Below, piece by piece: positions 15,751-24,813 of a stretch of DNA of 40,716 nt. The notes beneath the pieces were generated by a model. That model had not been told where the DNA came from and searched no databases. It saw only the letters and a program-made list of their open reading frames with translations. The stretch's first letter is position 1. Every line of letters starts with the position of its first letter. The position numbers and the translations under genes are program-made. Origin of the DNA: Cytophagales bacterium (GTDB taxonomy: Bacteria > Bacteroidota > Bacteroidia > Cytophagales > UBA9547); assembly GCA_044349205.1 (NCBI GenBank), contig JBIKRJ010000002.1, positions 1-40,716 of the forward strand, given 5' to 3'.

Positions 15751-16511
15751 TTTCTTTTCAATCCCTTGAAAATTTCAAATTGGGCGATGCCCAATACTTG
15801 AAGTCGGTAACTGATAGAAACTCGCAACACGCCAAGCCCATATTTCACGCTTCGCTTGAAATTGATGCTGCTGGCATCGGGAAAATATTTGGTAGGGCAA
15901 GAAACCTCGCCCATATTGAAACCTACAAAACTGATTTGCCCCAACATTTCGTTGTCAAAAACAAAATCGTCGTTATTTTGATGCAAAGGCAGCGTCTCCA
16001 AAACTTTTTTAGAAAAAGCTCTGTAACCTGTATGGTACTCTGACAGTTTCTGAGACATGAGTACATTTTGAAAAAAGGTCAGGAAACGGTTCGAAATGTA
16101 CTTGTACATAGGCATGCCTCCAGAAAGCGCCCCTTTGCCCAAAATGCGCGAACCCAACATCACATCGTACAAACCCCTGGCAATGGGGTACACCATTGCC
16201 TCTATCAACAATGGCGTGTACTGATAATCTGGATGTAGCATAACGACTATGTCGGCGCCATTTTCAAGTGCTGCTTTGTAACAGGTTTTTTGATTGCCGC
16301 CGTAGCCAGTATTGGCTGCGTGACGTATCACAGTGTTTATTCCCAATTCTTTCGCTTTTTGAAATGTATGGTCGCGCGAAAAATCATCGACCAGAATAAC
16401 CTCGTCTACAATGTCGAAAGGAATTTCTCGGTATGTGCGTTCTAGCGTCGATTCGGCATTGTAAGCCGGCATCACTATCACTATCTTTTTTCCACTTATC
16501 ATGAACTTCAA
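15741..16511 (-). CDS. Family 2 glycosyltransferase (polyprenol-phosphate sugar transferase-like)
   Basis: IVIVMPAYNAESTLERTYREIP and VILVDDFSRDHT form a typical GT2 N-terminal Rossmann region with the DxD-type motif. Confidence 0.85.
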   Translation of the reverse strand: MKFMISGKKIVIVMPAYNAESTLERTYREIPFDIVDEVILVDDFSRDHTFQKAKELGINTVIRHAANTGYGGNQKTCYKAALENGADIVVMLHPDYQYTPLLIEAMVYPIARGLYDVMLGSRILGKGALSGGMPMYKYISNRFLTFFQNVLMSQKLSEYHTGYRAFSKKVLETLPLHQNNDDFVFDNEMLGQISFVGFNMGEVSCPTKYFPDASSINFKRSVKYGLGVLRVSISYRLQVLGIAQFEIFKGLKRKRA

Positions 16512-16643
16512 TTAAAATCAACGGGCAAATGTAAAGACTGCTTTTAAATTTCTTTGAAAAAATTGAAGCAGATGACTAGATTTTCGCCTTTCAAATTTTC
16601 AATTTCTTTCTATATTTCTGAAATTTTATTCCTTGAACACAAA

Positions 16644-17384
16644 ATGAAGAAAGTAAAACGATTTGGAGCATTTGGTTTATTGGCGCTAGTACTGTTGGGC
16701 TGTGAAAAAAAATCTAATCTTTTGTTGAAGGTTCATTTCAACAAAATAAATATTTCTTGGAACGGAAAAGAAAGGATAAGTGGTGGTGAGCCCTTACTAG
16801 AAAACACACTTTTGAAATACCATGAAACTAGAGAAATTAAAACCGACTCGAACTATGTTTTTGAGTTTTTACACAATTTCAAAGACCATGTGGAAATCAC
16901 GGCCAAAGTATCGGAAAAGGGCAACAGCATTCTTTTTTATTTGAGCCCAAATAATTTTCATACCCAAAAAGCAAAAGATTTTGTGGGGATTTTTTTCGAC
17001 AGTATTCCCCAATTCCAAAAAGCAAATGTGTTTTACAAGTACAATGTGGGAGCCACTTGGGCTAACTCACAAACTTATTCATCCATTCACCAAATAAAAC
17101 CCCTAAATAACGAACTTATCATTTGGAAATATACCGATGGAACCTTTGCAGCTTGTTTGCCTTTATTTGGTAAGGGATACAAAACTTCCATTGGAAATTA
17201 TAAAAACCACTTTGGGCTAAAGGCTTACCATTCTATAAATGGGCACAACGAAAACGACATTCCCATTATGGCATTGGCTTTTGGAAAAAATATGGCAGAA
17301 GTATTAAAAACCATTCACAAATCAGCACAAGGAAAAAGTGTGGATTTGGACTCTCTTCTACAAATAAAAGAGTTTAAAGAATAA
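16644..17384 (+). CDS. Putative lipoprotein of unknown function
   Basis: The preferred start is the ATG at 16644 (MKKVKRFGAFGLLALVLLGCEKK, a lipobox). The ORF-track start at 16554 is a TTG with a non-signal-like extension. No domain was recognised by eye. Confidence 0.55.
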   Translation: MKKVKRFGAFGLLALVLLGCEKKSNLLLKVHFNKINISWNGKERISGGEPLLENTLLKYHETREIKTDSNYVFEFLHNFKDHVEITAKVSEKGNSILFYLSPNNFHTQKAKDFVGIFFDSIPQFQKANVFYKYNVGATWANSQTYSSIHQIKPLNNELIIWKYTDGTFAACLPLFGKGYKTSIGNYKNHFGLKAYHSINGHNENDIPIMALAFGKNMAEVLKTIHKSAQGKSVDLDSLLQIKEFKE

Positions 17385-17387
17385 AAG

Positions 17388-17888
17388 CTAAGATCTGAAC
17401 CTGTTGGCCGAACGAACGGCATCTTCGTCGCGCTTGATAAAAAAATTAGCAAAAATATTGAAGAACAAGGCAATTATAGGGAGGAAAAATCCCAGTTTAT
17501 AGTCGCCATAAGTAGGATGCGGCAATATCTTGTCGGCTTGGTCAATGTGAAAATAGAGCAAAAGCAAAAGAATCACCAAAAAAACCGCATTTAGAAATCC
17601 GTATTTCATTTGACGAACCCTCTTTTTGAAAGTAAATAGAGAAAGGATAGCCAAAAAACATACTATGCCCGACAAAATAACAATGTAAACGGTGCTAGTT
17701 TCGCTTACATTGATGTTGGCTAGCTGGTTAGCTGATTTTGAAGCTTTAATAACCGTTAAGGAAATAGGAGAAAAAACGATTTCATCATCTGTTTCCTCAT
17801 TTACCTTCACCCAAATATCGGTAAAGCAAAAACTTACCATCGTTACTACGACTCCCAACAGAAAAAGAGATTGAATGCGCTGTATCAT
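17388..17888 (-). CDS. Multi-pass membrane protein, DUF4293-like
   Basis: The N-terminus MIQRIQSLFLLGVVV and four or five hydrophobic segments fit my recollection of the Bacteroidota DUF4293 family. Confidence 0.6.
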   Translation of the reverse strand: MIQRIQSLFLLGVVVTMVSFCFTDIWVKVNEETDDEIVFSPISLTVIKASKSANQLANINVSETSTVYIVILSGIVCFLAILSLFTFKKRVRQMKYGFLNAVFLVILLLLLYFHIDQADKILPHPTYGDYKLGFFLPIIALFFNIFANFFIKRDEDAVRSANRFRS

Positions 17889-17965
17889 GGTATCAAATAT
17901 GGGTGCAAAAATAGTATTTTATGTTTTTTAGGCATTACAAAATTTCAAGACAGCCACAATCAAAA

Positions 17966-18424
17966 TCAGATTTCTACCAAACTTTCGGGCCAAGGATCTT
18001 TTTTCAAAACAGGTTGCTGAAGGGCTGCCACTGCCAATCTATCGCATCTTTCGTTTTCAGGATGTCCAGCGTGTCCCTTTAGCCAAACAAATTTAACCTT
18101 GTTTCTTCTAAACAAGGGAATAAAACGCTTCCATAAATCTACGTTTTTTTTGTCTTTGAAACCACTTTTCTCCCATTTCCAAAGCCAACCTTTCGAAACT
18201 GCATCCACCACGTATTTGGAATCGGAATATATCGTAATCTCAAGATTTATCTTTTTTAATGCCTCCAATCCGGCAATTACTGCCCACAATTCCATTCGGT
18301 TATTGGTGGTGTGGTCGTAACCTTCCGAAATTTCCTTGCGCAAACCATTGAATTCCAATATAACACCATAACCTCCTCTTCCGGGATTGCCACTGCAAGC
18401 GCCATCTGTAAAGATTTTTACCAT
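17966..18424 (-). CDS. rnhA: Ribonuclease HI
   Basis: IFTDGACSGNPGRGGYGVIL, TNNRMEL, IYSDSKYV and WLKGHAGHPENERCDRLA. The preferred start is MVKIF (ATG at 18424-18422), which overlaps the purD stop in the sequence ATGGTAA. The ORF-track start at 18475 would overlap purD by 58 nt. Confidence 0.9.
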   Translation of the reverse strand: MVKIFTDGACSGNPGRGGYGVILEFNGLRKEISEGYDHTTNNRMELWAVIAGLEALKKINLEITIYSDSKYVVDAVSKGWLWKWEKSGFKDKKNVDLWKRFIPLFRRNKVKFVWLKGHAGHPENERCDRLAVAALQQPVLKKDPWPESLVEI

Positions 18425-19701
18425 TTCTTCAGCAAATCCAAGCCTATATCTTTCCTGTAGTTTTTTTTCTGCCATTGAATCGTTTCGGCGGCGAAATTAG
18501 CTTTGGCAAGCGCCTCCTCAATGTGTGAACCAAAGGCAGTTAAAGCAATAACACGACCACCCGTATTGACGAGTACTCCATCTTTTTTTGAAGTACCCGC
18601 ATGGAAAACCAACACATCTTTGGTATTTTCTATGCCTGAAATCGGAAAACCTTTTTCATAGTCTTCGGGGTACCCACCCGACACAAGCACCACGGTAGTG
18701 GTGGTGCGTGGGTCTATTTCAAGTTTAGTCTTATGAAGTGTTTTGGAACCAACTGCTTCAAAAATCTCGACCAAATCGCTCTTTATTCTTGGAATGACAG
18801 CCTCCGTTTCGGGGTCGCCCATACGTGCGTTGTATTCAATGGTAAATGGTTCTTCGCCCACTTTTATCAACCCAAAAAAGATAAAACCCGCGTAATCGAT
18901 TCCTTCTTTTTTCAATCCGGCTACGGTGGGTTTTACAATCCGCTCTTCTACTTTTTGCATGAATTTTTCATCAGCAAAAGATACAGGCGACACCGCTCCC
19001 ATTCCCCCTGTGTTTAGCCCGGTATCGCCTTCGCCAATACGCTTGTAGTCTTTCGCTTCGGGCAAAAGAAGGTAATTTTCCCCATCGCAAAGGGCAAAAA
19101 CAGAGAGCTCAATTCCTGTCAAAAATTGTTCAACAACTACTTTTGTACTTGAATCGCCAAATTTCTTTTCTTGAATCATTTCTTTGAGGGTAGCTACCGC
19201 CTCCTTGTTGCTTTGGGCAATGATTACCCCTTTGCCGGCGGCCAGTCCATCGGCTTTCAGCACTACAGGCAAAGAATGGCTAGAAACATAGTCAATTCCC
19301 TCTTGCAAGTTAGCTTGAGTAAAGGTGCGAGACGAGGCCGTGGGTATGCCATATTTCTGCATGAATTGCTTAGAAAAATCTTTACTACCTTCTAGCTGTG
19401 CCCCCAATTTGTCTGGGCCTACAATGTTTAGACCGCCCAAAGCAGGATTTGTCAAAAGATGATCTTTGATGCCCATAACCAAAGGTACTTCAGGGCCCAC
19501 TACCACCATGCCAATCTTTTCCTTCAGCACAAGATTTTCTATAGCAGAAAAATCTTCTACACCAATACCCGTATTTATCCCGAGATTTTCTGTTCCTGGA
19601 TTACCAGGAGCCAAAAACAATTTGTGGCATTTTGGGCTTTGAACCAATTTCCACGCCAAAGCATGTTCGCGCCCCCCTGAACCTATCAAAAGTATATTCA
19701 T
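18418..19701 (-). CDS. purD: Phosphoribosylamine-glycine ligase (GAR synthetase)
   Basis: MNILLIGSGGREHALAWKL, VVGPEVPL, ADGLAAGKGV, EYNARMGDPE and VFHAGT. Confidence 0.95.
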   Translation of the reverse strand: MNILLIGSGGREHALAWKLVQSPKCHKLFLAPGNPGTENLGINTGIGVEDFSAIENLVLKEKIGMVVVGPEVPLVMGIKDHLLTNPALGGLNIVGPDKLGAQLEGSKDFSKQFMQKYGIPTASSRTFTQANLQEGIDYVSSHSLPVVLKADGLAAGKGVIIAQSNKEAVATLKEMIQEKKFGDSSTKVVVEQFLTGIELSVFALCDGENYLLLPEAKDYKRIGEGDTGLNTGGMGAVSPVSFADEKFMQKVEERIVKPTVAGLKKEGIDYAGFIFFGLIKVGEEPFTIEYNARMGDPETEAVIPRIKSDLVEIFEAVGSKTLHKTKLEIDPRTTTTVVLVSGGYPEDYEKGFPISGIENTKDVLVFHAGTSKKDGVLVNTGGRVIALTAFGSHIEEALAKANFAAETIQWQKKNYRKDIGLDLLKKW

Positions 19702-19710
19702 GACAAAACG

Positions 19711-20775
19711 TTAGATACGGGACAAAACTTCCTCGCCCATGGCATCGGTACCAAGAAGTTTATTGCCCAATGTAGAAGCATCGGCGATGTCTTTAGTACG
19801 GAAACCAGCTTTCAAAGTAGCGGCCACAGCATCTACAATCGCATTGGCTTCAGATTTTAATCCAAAAGAAATTTCAAACATCAAAGCTGCCGAAAGGATA
19901 GAGGCAAGCGGATTTGCCAGCCCTTTTCCAGCTATATCATGAGCAGAACCGTGAATAGGTTCATAAAGTCCCACTTTGTCGCCTACCGAAGCCGAGGCCA
20001 ACATGCCCATACTTCCTGCAATTTGTGAAGCCTCGTCGGTGAGTATGTCGCCAAACAAATTGGCAGTAAGCACCACGTCGAAACGTTTAGGGTCTTTGAT
20101 TAACTGCATGGCCGCATTGTCTATAAACATATGCTCAGTCTCTACGTCAGGGTAGTGTTTAGCCACTTCCTGTACCGTTTCGCGCCACAAACGACTGCTT
20201 TCCAACACATTGGCCTTATCAACAGAACACAGTCTTTTGCTACGAGCCTGCGCGGCTTTAAATGCCTTTTCGGCAATACGCTCTACTTCGTAACGGCTGT
20301 AAATCATCAAATCGGAGGCCGTATTGCCATCGCTGCTGCGTTTCTTCTCTCCAAAGTACACATCGCCGGTCAGTTCGCGGAAAAAAAGTATATCGGAACC
20401 ACGAAGCACTTCAGGCTTCAGACTGGAAGCGCCCAACAACTCGTCAAACAATTTGATGGGACGCAGATTGGCATACAAGCCCAGCTCTTTTCTAATTTTC
20501 AAAAGCCCTTGTTCGGGACGTACTTTGGCACTTGGGTCGTTGTCGTATTTGATGTGACCTATAGCACCGAAAAGAATTGCGTCCGAATTATTCGCTTTTG
20601 AAAGGGTTTCATCTGGTAATGGATTGCCTGTGGCTTCAATGGCCATATGACCCATCAAACCTTCTTCAAACGAAACGGCATGACCATATTTTTGGGCTAT
20701 TTTTTCTATTATTTTTTTGCCCCATGTGGTTACTTCTTGTCCTATTCCATCGCCGGGAATTACTAATATCTTCAT
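19711..20775 (-). CDS. leuB: 3-isopropylmalate dehydrogenase
   Basis: MKILVIPGDGIGQEV, LFGAIG, NLRP, VDKANVL, NLFGDILTDEASQIAGSMGMLASAS and EPIHGSAHDIAGKGLANP. Confidence 0.9.
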   Translation of the reverse strand: MKILVIPGDGIGQEVTTWGKKIIEKIAQKYGHAVSFEEGLMGHMAIEATGNPLPDETLSKANNSDAILFGAIGHIKYDNDPSAKVRPEQGLLKIRKELGLYANLRPIKLFDELLGASSLKPEVLRGSDILFFRELTGDVYFGEKKRSSDGNTASDLMIYSRYEVERIAEKAFKAAQARSKRLCSVDKANVLESSRLWRETVQEVAKHYPDVETEHMFIDNAAMQLIKDPKRFDVVLTANLFGDILTDEASQIAGSMGMLASASVGDKVGLYEPIHGSAHDIAGKGLANPLASILSAALMFEISFGLKSEANAIVDAVAATLKAGFRTKDIADASTLGNKLLGTDAMGEEVLSRI

Positions 20776-20963
20776 GCCTAAGTTATTTTTCTAAGTAGAA
20801 TGGCAAAAGTAACAGAAATGGCAGAAAAATTGAATTGCAAAATGAGTATAAATTATAAATATGTTTTCATATATTAGTTCTATCCAAGCCACTTTGGCTC
20901 CAAGATTGCCATCTAAATTGGCTGAACAATAGTTAGGTTTTAGAAGATTATAATAGTTGGAAA

Positions 20964-22349
20964 TCAGTCTTTCACACAACGAACAGAAAAACCACTACCA
21001 ATTACACCAGAAGTTCTTGCATCTGTGTCCACAACTCTGTAATCCAAACTGCGAGACCATGAGTTTAAAAACGGGGTATTAATAGTGGCACTCCACCAAT
21101 AACCAACTGTGCCAGAACCTCCGAAAGTTCCATTTCCACTTCTACTACCTCCAGGAAGGGCGCTAAATCCTGTTTTGTTTCTTGAATTTGGATAATCAGT
21201 ATTTCCAATGGCACCAAGCGATGTTGAAAGACTCCAACCCGAATCGCTAGCCAATGCTTTCCCGAATTTGCGATCTGTTGGTCGAATATCAAGTGTAGAA
21301 GAGGTTCCATCGAAATTGTAACCATTTTTGGCGAGGTAAATTTCAAGTGTAGACCATTCGTTATCGGTGGGTACATGCCAACCCGTAGGGCATATTTTAC
21401 CGGTTTTCACTACATAAAAATTATAAAGTGCTCCATGCTTTTTCCCTACTGCAATTGCACTATCATTATTGTACCAACACATCATTGGCAAAGTATCGTT
21501 GTTGTACACAACTTTATACCAATCAACATCAGATGTAACTTTTGGTATCGTAGTCCCATTGTTGTATTTGGTGGTACGCAAGTTTTCAGCCATCCATTCC
21601 TGTGTCCCTATTGTGACCGTGGGATAGGTATATCCATCTACATCGGTTACCGTGTTGCCTGTAACAGGCTTGGCTGTGCCTGGAAATTTATTCAGTCGGG
21701 TAGAATCGTAAGCATAAAATGTTATAACTGCTGAAGTATCTATTTTTCTATCTTTATTACTGTCACCTATCAGTTTCACATCTAGTCTTGTGCTGTCAAC
21801 TTTTTGCACATTAAAAACAAAAGCACAATCATCAAATTTGTCAAAGTTAAATGCTACTATAGAGGCCGTTTTGTTTATGGCCCATGTACCCCAATTCCAT
21901 TTCTTTGTAGAAATATTGTAGCGGTAATACACCCCATTCCTTTCAGGACTAAAATAATAGATACTTGCAGTGTCTGAAGAGGATTGCTTCCAACCCAATG
22001 TCGATTTTTTAAACTCCGAAATTCGCAATTGACCAGTTCCACTACCCAACAAGTTATTTAAATTCGTTGTAGAAGAAGCGTCCATCCCGTTACGAGCATT
22101 TTCAGGTGAAGAAACTTTTTCCCCTGTTGAAGTTCCCAACAAATTAATATCGGTAGGATTGGTACGCACGATACCATCTCCACCCTCAGCAGGCTGCTTA
22201 AAAGAAAGCCCAGAAGGCAAAACAGGAGGTGTCGTAGGATTTGAATCTTGGTTGGCAGGAACAGGATCACTCGATTTTTTGCTGCACTGAAAAAAAACTA
22301 TAAAGACAGAAAAAAATAAAAATTTAGATAAGCAAAGTCGCTTTTTCAT
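20964..22349 (-). CDS. Lipoprotein with an N-terminal module paralogous to 6581-7684 and a C-terminal Fibrobacter succinogenes major paralogous (FISUMP) domain
   Basis: The preferred start is MKKRLCL (ATG at 22349); the ORF-track start is a TTG. Lipobox FIVFFQCSKKSSD. The C-terminal ~215 aa (about 20964-21620) show the FISUMP pattern: VTIGTQEWMAENL, GALYNF, CPTGWHVPTDNEW, GYWWSAT and SVRCVKD. Confidence 0.8.
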   Translation of the reverse strand: MKKRLCLSKFLFFSVFIVFFQCSKKSSDPVPANQDSNPTTPPVLPSGLSFKQPAEGGDGIVRTNPTDINLLGTSTGEKVSSPENARNGMDASSTTNLNNLLGSGTGQLRISEFKKSTLGWKQSSSDTASIYYFSPERNGVYYRYNISTKKWNWGTWAINKTASIVAFNFDKFDDCAFVFNVQKVDSTRLDVKLIGDSNKDRKIDTSAVITFYAYDSTRLNKFPGTAKPVTGNTVTDVDGYTYPTVTIGTQEWMAENLRTTKYNNGTTIPKVTSDVDWYKVVYNNDTLPMMCWYNNDSAIAVGKKHGALYNFYVVKTGKICPTGWHVPTDNEWSTLEIYLAKNGYNFDGTSSTLDIRPTDRKFGKALASDSGWSLSTSLGAIGNTDYPNSRNKTGFSALPGGSRSGNGTFGGSGTVGYWWSATINTPFLNSWSRSLDYRVVDTDARTSGVIGSGFSVRCVKD

Positions 22350-22602
22350 AAATAATGAGGTTATATATTTTGAGTTGTTTATAAAGACTAAAACTTCCTC
22401 TTCAATAAGCAAAAATAATTATTCGACATCGTAAGTCAAAGAGGGCGATAGGTAGAGCATAGATATATCTTCAACCTAAATTTATGTCAAGATTACTTTT
22501 TTATTTTCAACCAATATCAAAATTTAATTTAAAACAAAGAAGATAGTCTATTAGTACATATACATGGCTTAAGTTTCTCCGCTAATTCCTAACACAATTT
22601 CT

Positions 22603-22610
22603 TACCTTTG
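22603..22610 (+). promoter_or_regulatory. Candidate -7 promoter box (TACCTTTG) upstream of thiL
   Basis: Matches TAnnTTTG 16 nt upstream of the thiL ATG. No good TTTG -33 element occurs at 19-21 nt. Confidence 0.3.
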
Positions 22611-22626
22611 AAAGCTTATACCTCTT

Positions 22627-23655
22627 ATGAACCATAGAACTGAATTGAAAGAATTGGGTGAGTTTGGTCTTATCGACCATCTTGCCAAAGACATACAACT
22701 CTCTCAAAAAGAAACTATTACAGGTATTGGAGACGATGCTGCTGTTATAGAACAAAATAACGGTTTGGTGACGCTTGTGAGCAAAGACATGCTTTTGGAA
22801 GGCATTCATTTCGACTTGCATTATACCCCTTTAAAACATTTGGGCTACAAAGCTATTGCTGTCAATGTCTCGGACATTGCGGCCATGTTTGGCACTCCAA
22901 AACAAGTGCTGATAGGACTGGGAGTTAGCAATGTATTTAAAGTGGAAGACATTGAGGCCCTTTATGAGGGAATGAAGATAGCCTGTGAAGATTTTAATAT
23001 CGATTTGATTGGCGGAGATACCACTTCTTCCAAAATTGGATTAGTGATTTCAGTCACTATATTGGGTACTGCCAAAAAAGAAGAGGTGGTGTATAGAAAA
23101 GGGGCATCGGTCAATGATATTATTTGTGTGACGGGCGACTTGGGAGGTGCGTATGCCGGATTGCAAATTTTGGAACGGGAAAAACAAGTTTTTCTAGAAA
23201 ATCCCGATATGCAACCCGAACTAGAACAATATGATTATGTGGTGGAAAGGCTGCTAAGACCTAAAGCTCGTGTGGACTTAGTACATGAACTGAAAGAAAT
23301 CGGGTTGCACCCTACCTCTATGATTGATATTTCGGATGGTTTAGCCTCGGAAATTTTTCATTTGTGTAAAGCTGCGGGAACGGGTTGTGCCATTTTCGAA
23401 GACAAAATTCCTATCGATTCGCGCACGGAACAGACCTTGGCCGAATTGCAATTAGACCCCACAATGGCTGCATTAAACGGAGGTGAAGACTATGAACTTT
23501 TGTTCACCATTTCTCAGCCCGACTACGAAAAAATCAAAAACCATCCCGAAATTTCCACCATTGGTTACATGTCTAATATCGAAAACGGTAAAAAGCTAGT
23601 GACTAGAAGTGGCAACATAGTGGATTTGAAAGCACAAGGCTGGGTGCACATGTAA
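22627..23655 (+). CDS. thiL: Thiamine-monophosphate kinase
   Basis: GIGDDAAVI, typical AIR-synthase-like N- and C-domains (GGDTTSS, DISDGLASE), 342 aa. Confidence 0.9.
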   Translation: MNHRTELKELGEFGLIDHLAKDIQLSQKETITGIGDDAAVIEQNNGLVTLVSKDMLLEGIHFDLHYTPLKHLGYKAIAVNVSDIAAMFGTPKQVLIGLGVSNVFKVEDIEALYEGMKIACEDFNIDLIGGDTTSSKIGLVISVTILGTAKKEEVVYRKGASVNDIICVTGDLGGAYAGLQILEREKQVFLENPDMQPELEQYDYVVERLLRPKARVDLVHELKEIGLHPTSMIDISDGLASEIFHLCKAAGTGCAIFEDKIPIDSRTEQTLAELQLDPTMAALNGGEDYELLFTISQPDYEKIKNHPEISTIGYMSNIENGKKLVTRSGNIVDLKAQGWVHM

Positions 23656-23657
23656 CA

Positions 23658-24017
23658 TCACACTCCTCCAAAAAAATAAAGCATGAGTGTGCGCGAGTAG
23701 CGGAAAATGGCTGGCAGCAACAGCAAAATGACCGGAAATATACTTGCAAAATAGTACCACAAAGGTGGATTGTTCCCCACTACAAATACCGTGAGCCCAA
23801 TTCCAAGTATGATGGCGACATTGAAAAAATAACTGAAATACATGGCTCCAGTAAAAAAAGCTGGCTCCCGCTCAAATCTAAATCCACAGTTCGGACAATG
23901 GATATTTGTCTCGTGATAGCGAAAAATGTTGTAAGCCTGATACCTAAATATTTTGCCCTCCTTGCATTGTGGACATCTTTCTCCTAATAATGCGCTGAAT
24001 CTCGTTCTTTCTTTCAC
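23658..24017 (-). CDS. DUF983-family small membrane protein with an N-terminal zinc-ribbon
   Basis: CPQCKEG...CPNCG zinc-ribbon followed by two hydrophobic helices. It is the last gene of the cox-associated string and converges on thiL with a 2 nt gap. Confidence 0.7.
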   Translation of the reverse strand: MKERTRFSALLGERCPQCKEGKIFRYQAYNIFRYHETNIHCPNCGFRFEREPAFFTGAMYFSYFFNVAIILGIGLTVFVVGNNPPLWYYFASIFPVILLLLPAIFRYSRTLMLYFFGGV

Positions 24018-24261
24018 GTTCTTTTTTGCTGCTTTTATACCAAAGAAACCCTATCAAACCTGCTAACAAATAGGGTACTACCATCATGTAAAGAATGCCG
24101 TTGTTTAGACCCCTAGCTCTTTGTTGCAACGAGGCCTTGGGGGTCTCCCCTTTTTCGACGGTTGCTTTGCACATGGCACATTGCGCATACACTACATTGG
24201 TTGATAAGGTAATTGAAAAGAATGCGATTAGGAATACTATATACCTAAGATTCATGGTCAT
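23944..24261 (-). CDS. Small secreted, membrane-anchored protein with a CxxC motif, associated with the cox cluster
   Basis: Signal peptide ending VVYAQ. A CAMCK motif follows immediately after the predicted cleavage site. One C-terminal TM helix (ILYMMVVPYLLAGLIGFLWY) and a basic tail. The start overlaps the DUF420 stop by 4 nt. The 3' end overlaps the DUF983 start by 74 nt. Confidence 0.45.
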   Translation of the reverse strand: MTMNLRYIVFLIAFFSITLSTNVVYAQCAMCKATVEKGETPKASLQQRARGLNNGILYMMVVPYLLAGLIGFLWYKSSKKERERKNEIQRIIRRKMSTMQGGQNI

Positions 24262-24809
24262 AAAGTTTGGTAATAAGGTTTAATCATCCAATATACTACA
24301 ACTCCTGATATTGCTACATATAGCCAAATGGGGAAAGTCCATTTAACCAATTTTTTATGTTTGTCAATTTGCAGCGAAATAGCAAAGTAGATACTTAGCA
24401 ACACAAAAGGCACCACTACTGCCGCCAAAATGATGTGGGTAATCAAAATAAAGAAATACACAGATCTAATGAACCCATGTCCGCCAAAGGAGGTATGAGG
24501 CGCCTGGTAATGGTATATGACATAAGAAACCAGAAACAATGAAGACAATCCGACAGCCGAAGACATAGAGGCTCTGTGGTATTGTATTTGACCATTTTTT
24601 ACAAAATACAATCCTAGTATGAGTGCTAAAGCGGTGGCAGAATTTAGCACTGCATTTAAATGAGGTAAAAAAGAAACATCCAAATCGCCCAATTTGCCTG
24701 TTTGAGGAAGAAAAAGAAGAATAGCCACCACTACAGGAATTGCTACCGAAAGCGCCGCAATTATTCCCAAATACACATTCTGTTTTTCTTGCAAAGTGTT
24801 ACTTTCCAT
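24258..24809 (-). CDS. DUF420-family membrane protein (cytochrome oxidase-associated, CtaM-like)
   Basis: Four or five TM helices, with PHLNAVLNSATALALILGLYFV...HRASM and IHIILAAVVVPFVL typical of DUF420. Located directly downstream of SCO1 in the cox string. Confidence 0.75.
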   Translation of the reverse strand: MESNTLQEKQNVYLGIIAALSVAIPVVVAILLFLPQTGKLGDLDVSFLPHLNAVLNSATALALILGLYFVKNGQIQYHRASMSSAVGLSSLFLVSYVIYHYQAPHTSFGGHGFIRSVYFFILITHIILAAVVVPFVLLSIYFAISLQIDKHKKLVKWTFPIWLYVAISGVVVYWMIKPYYQTL

Positions 24810-24813
24810 TGTT

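Noticed and set aside
20131-20601. 156 aa ORF antisense to leuB
   Set aside because: Shadow ORF inside a clearly identified leuB gene.
19711-20775. Orphan leuB (no leuA/leuCD nearby) as a possible non-leucine beta-decarboxylating dehydrogenase
   Set aside because: Its length and motifs fit canonical LeuB well. Scattered leu genes are common, and nothing in the sequence suggests a different specificity without a phylogenetic analysis.
20791-20979. 62 aa ORF in the leuB / FISUMP-gene intergenic region
   Set aside because: It is short and low-complexity (CHFCYFCHST, YYNLLKPNY) and overlaps the 3' end of the FISUMP gene. Most likely non-coding spacer.
22413-22626. TPP riboswitch upstream of thiL
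   Set aside because: The conserved THI-box elements (CUGAGA, and ACCUGAUCUGGAUAAUGCCAGCG-like) are not present. The region is simply AT-rich promoter DNA.
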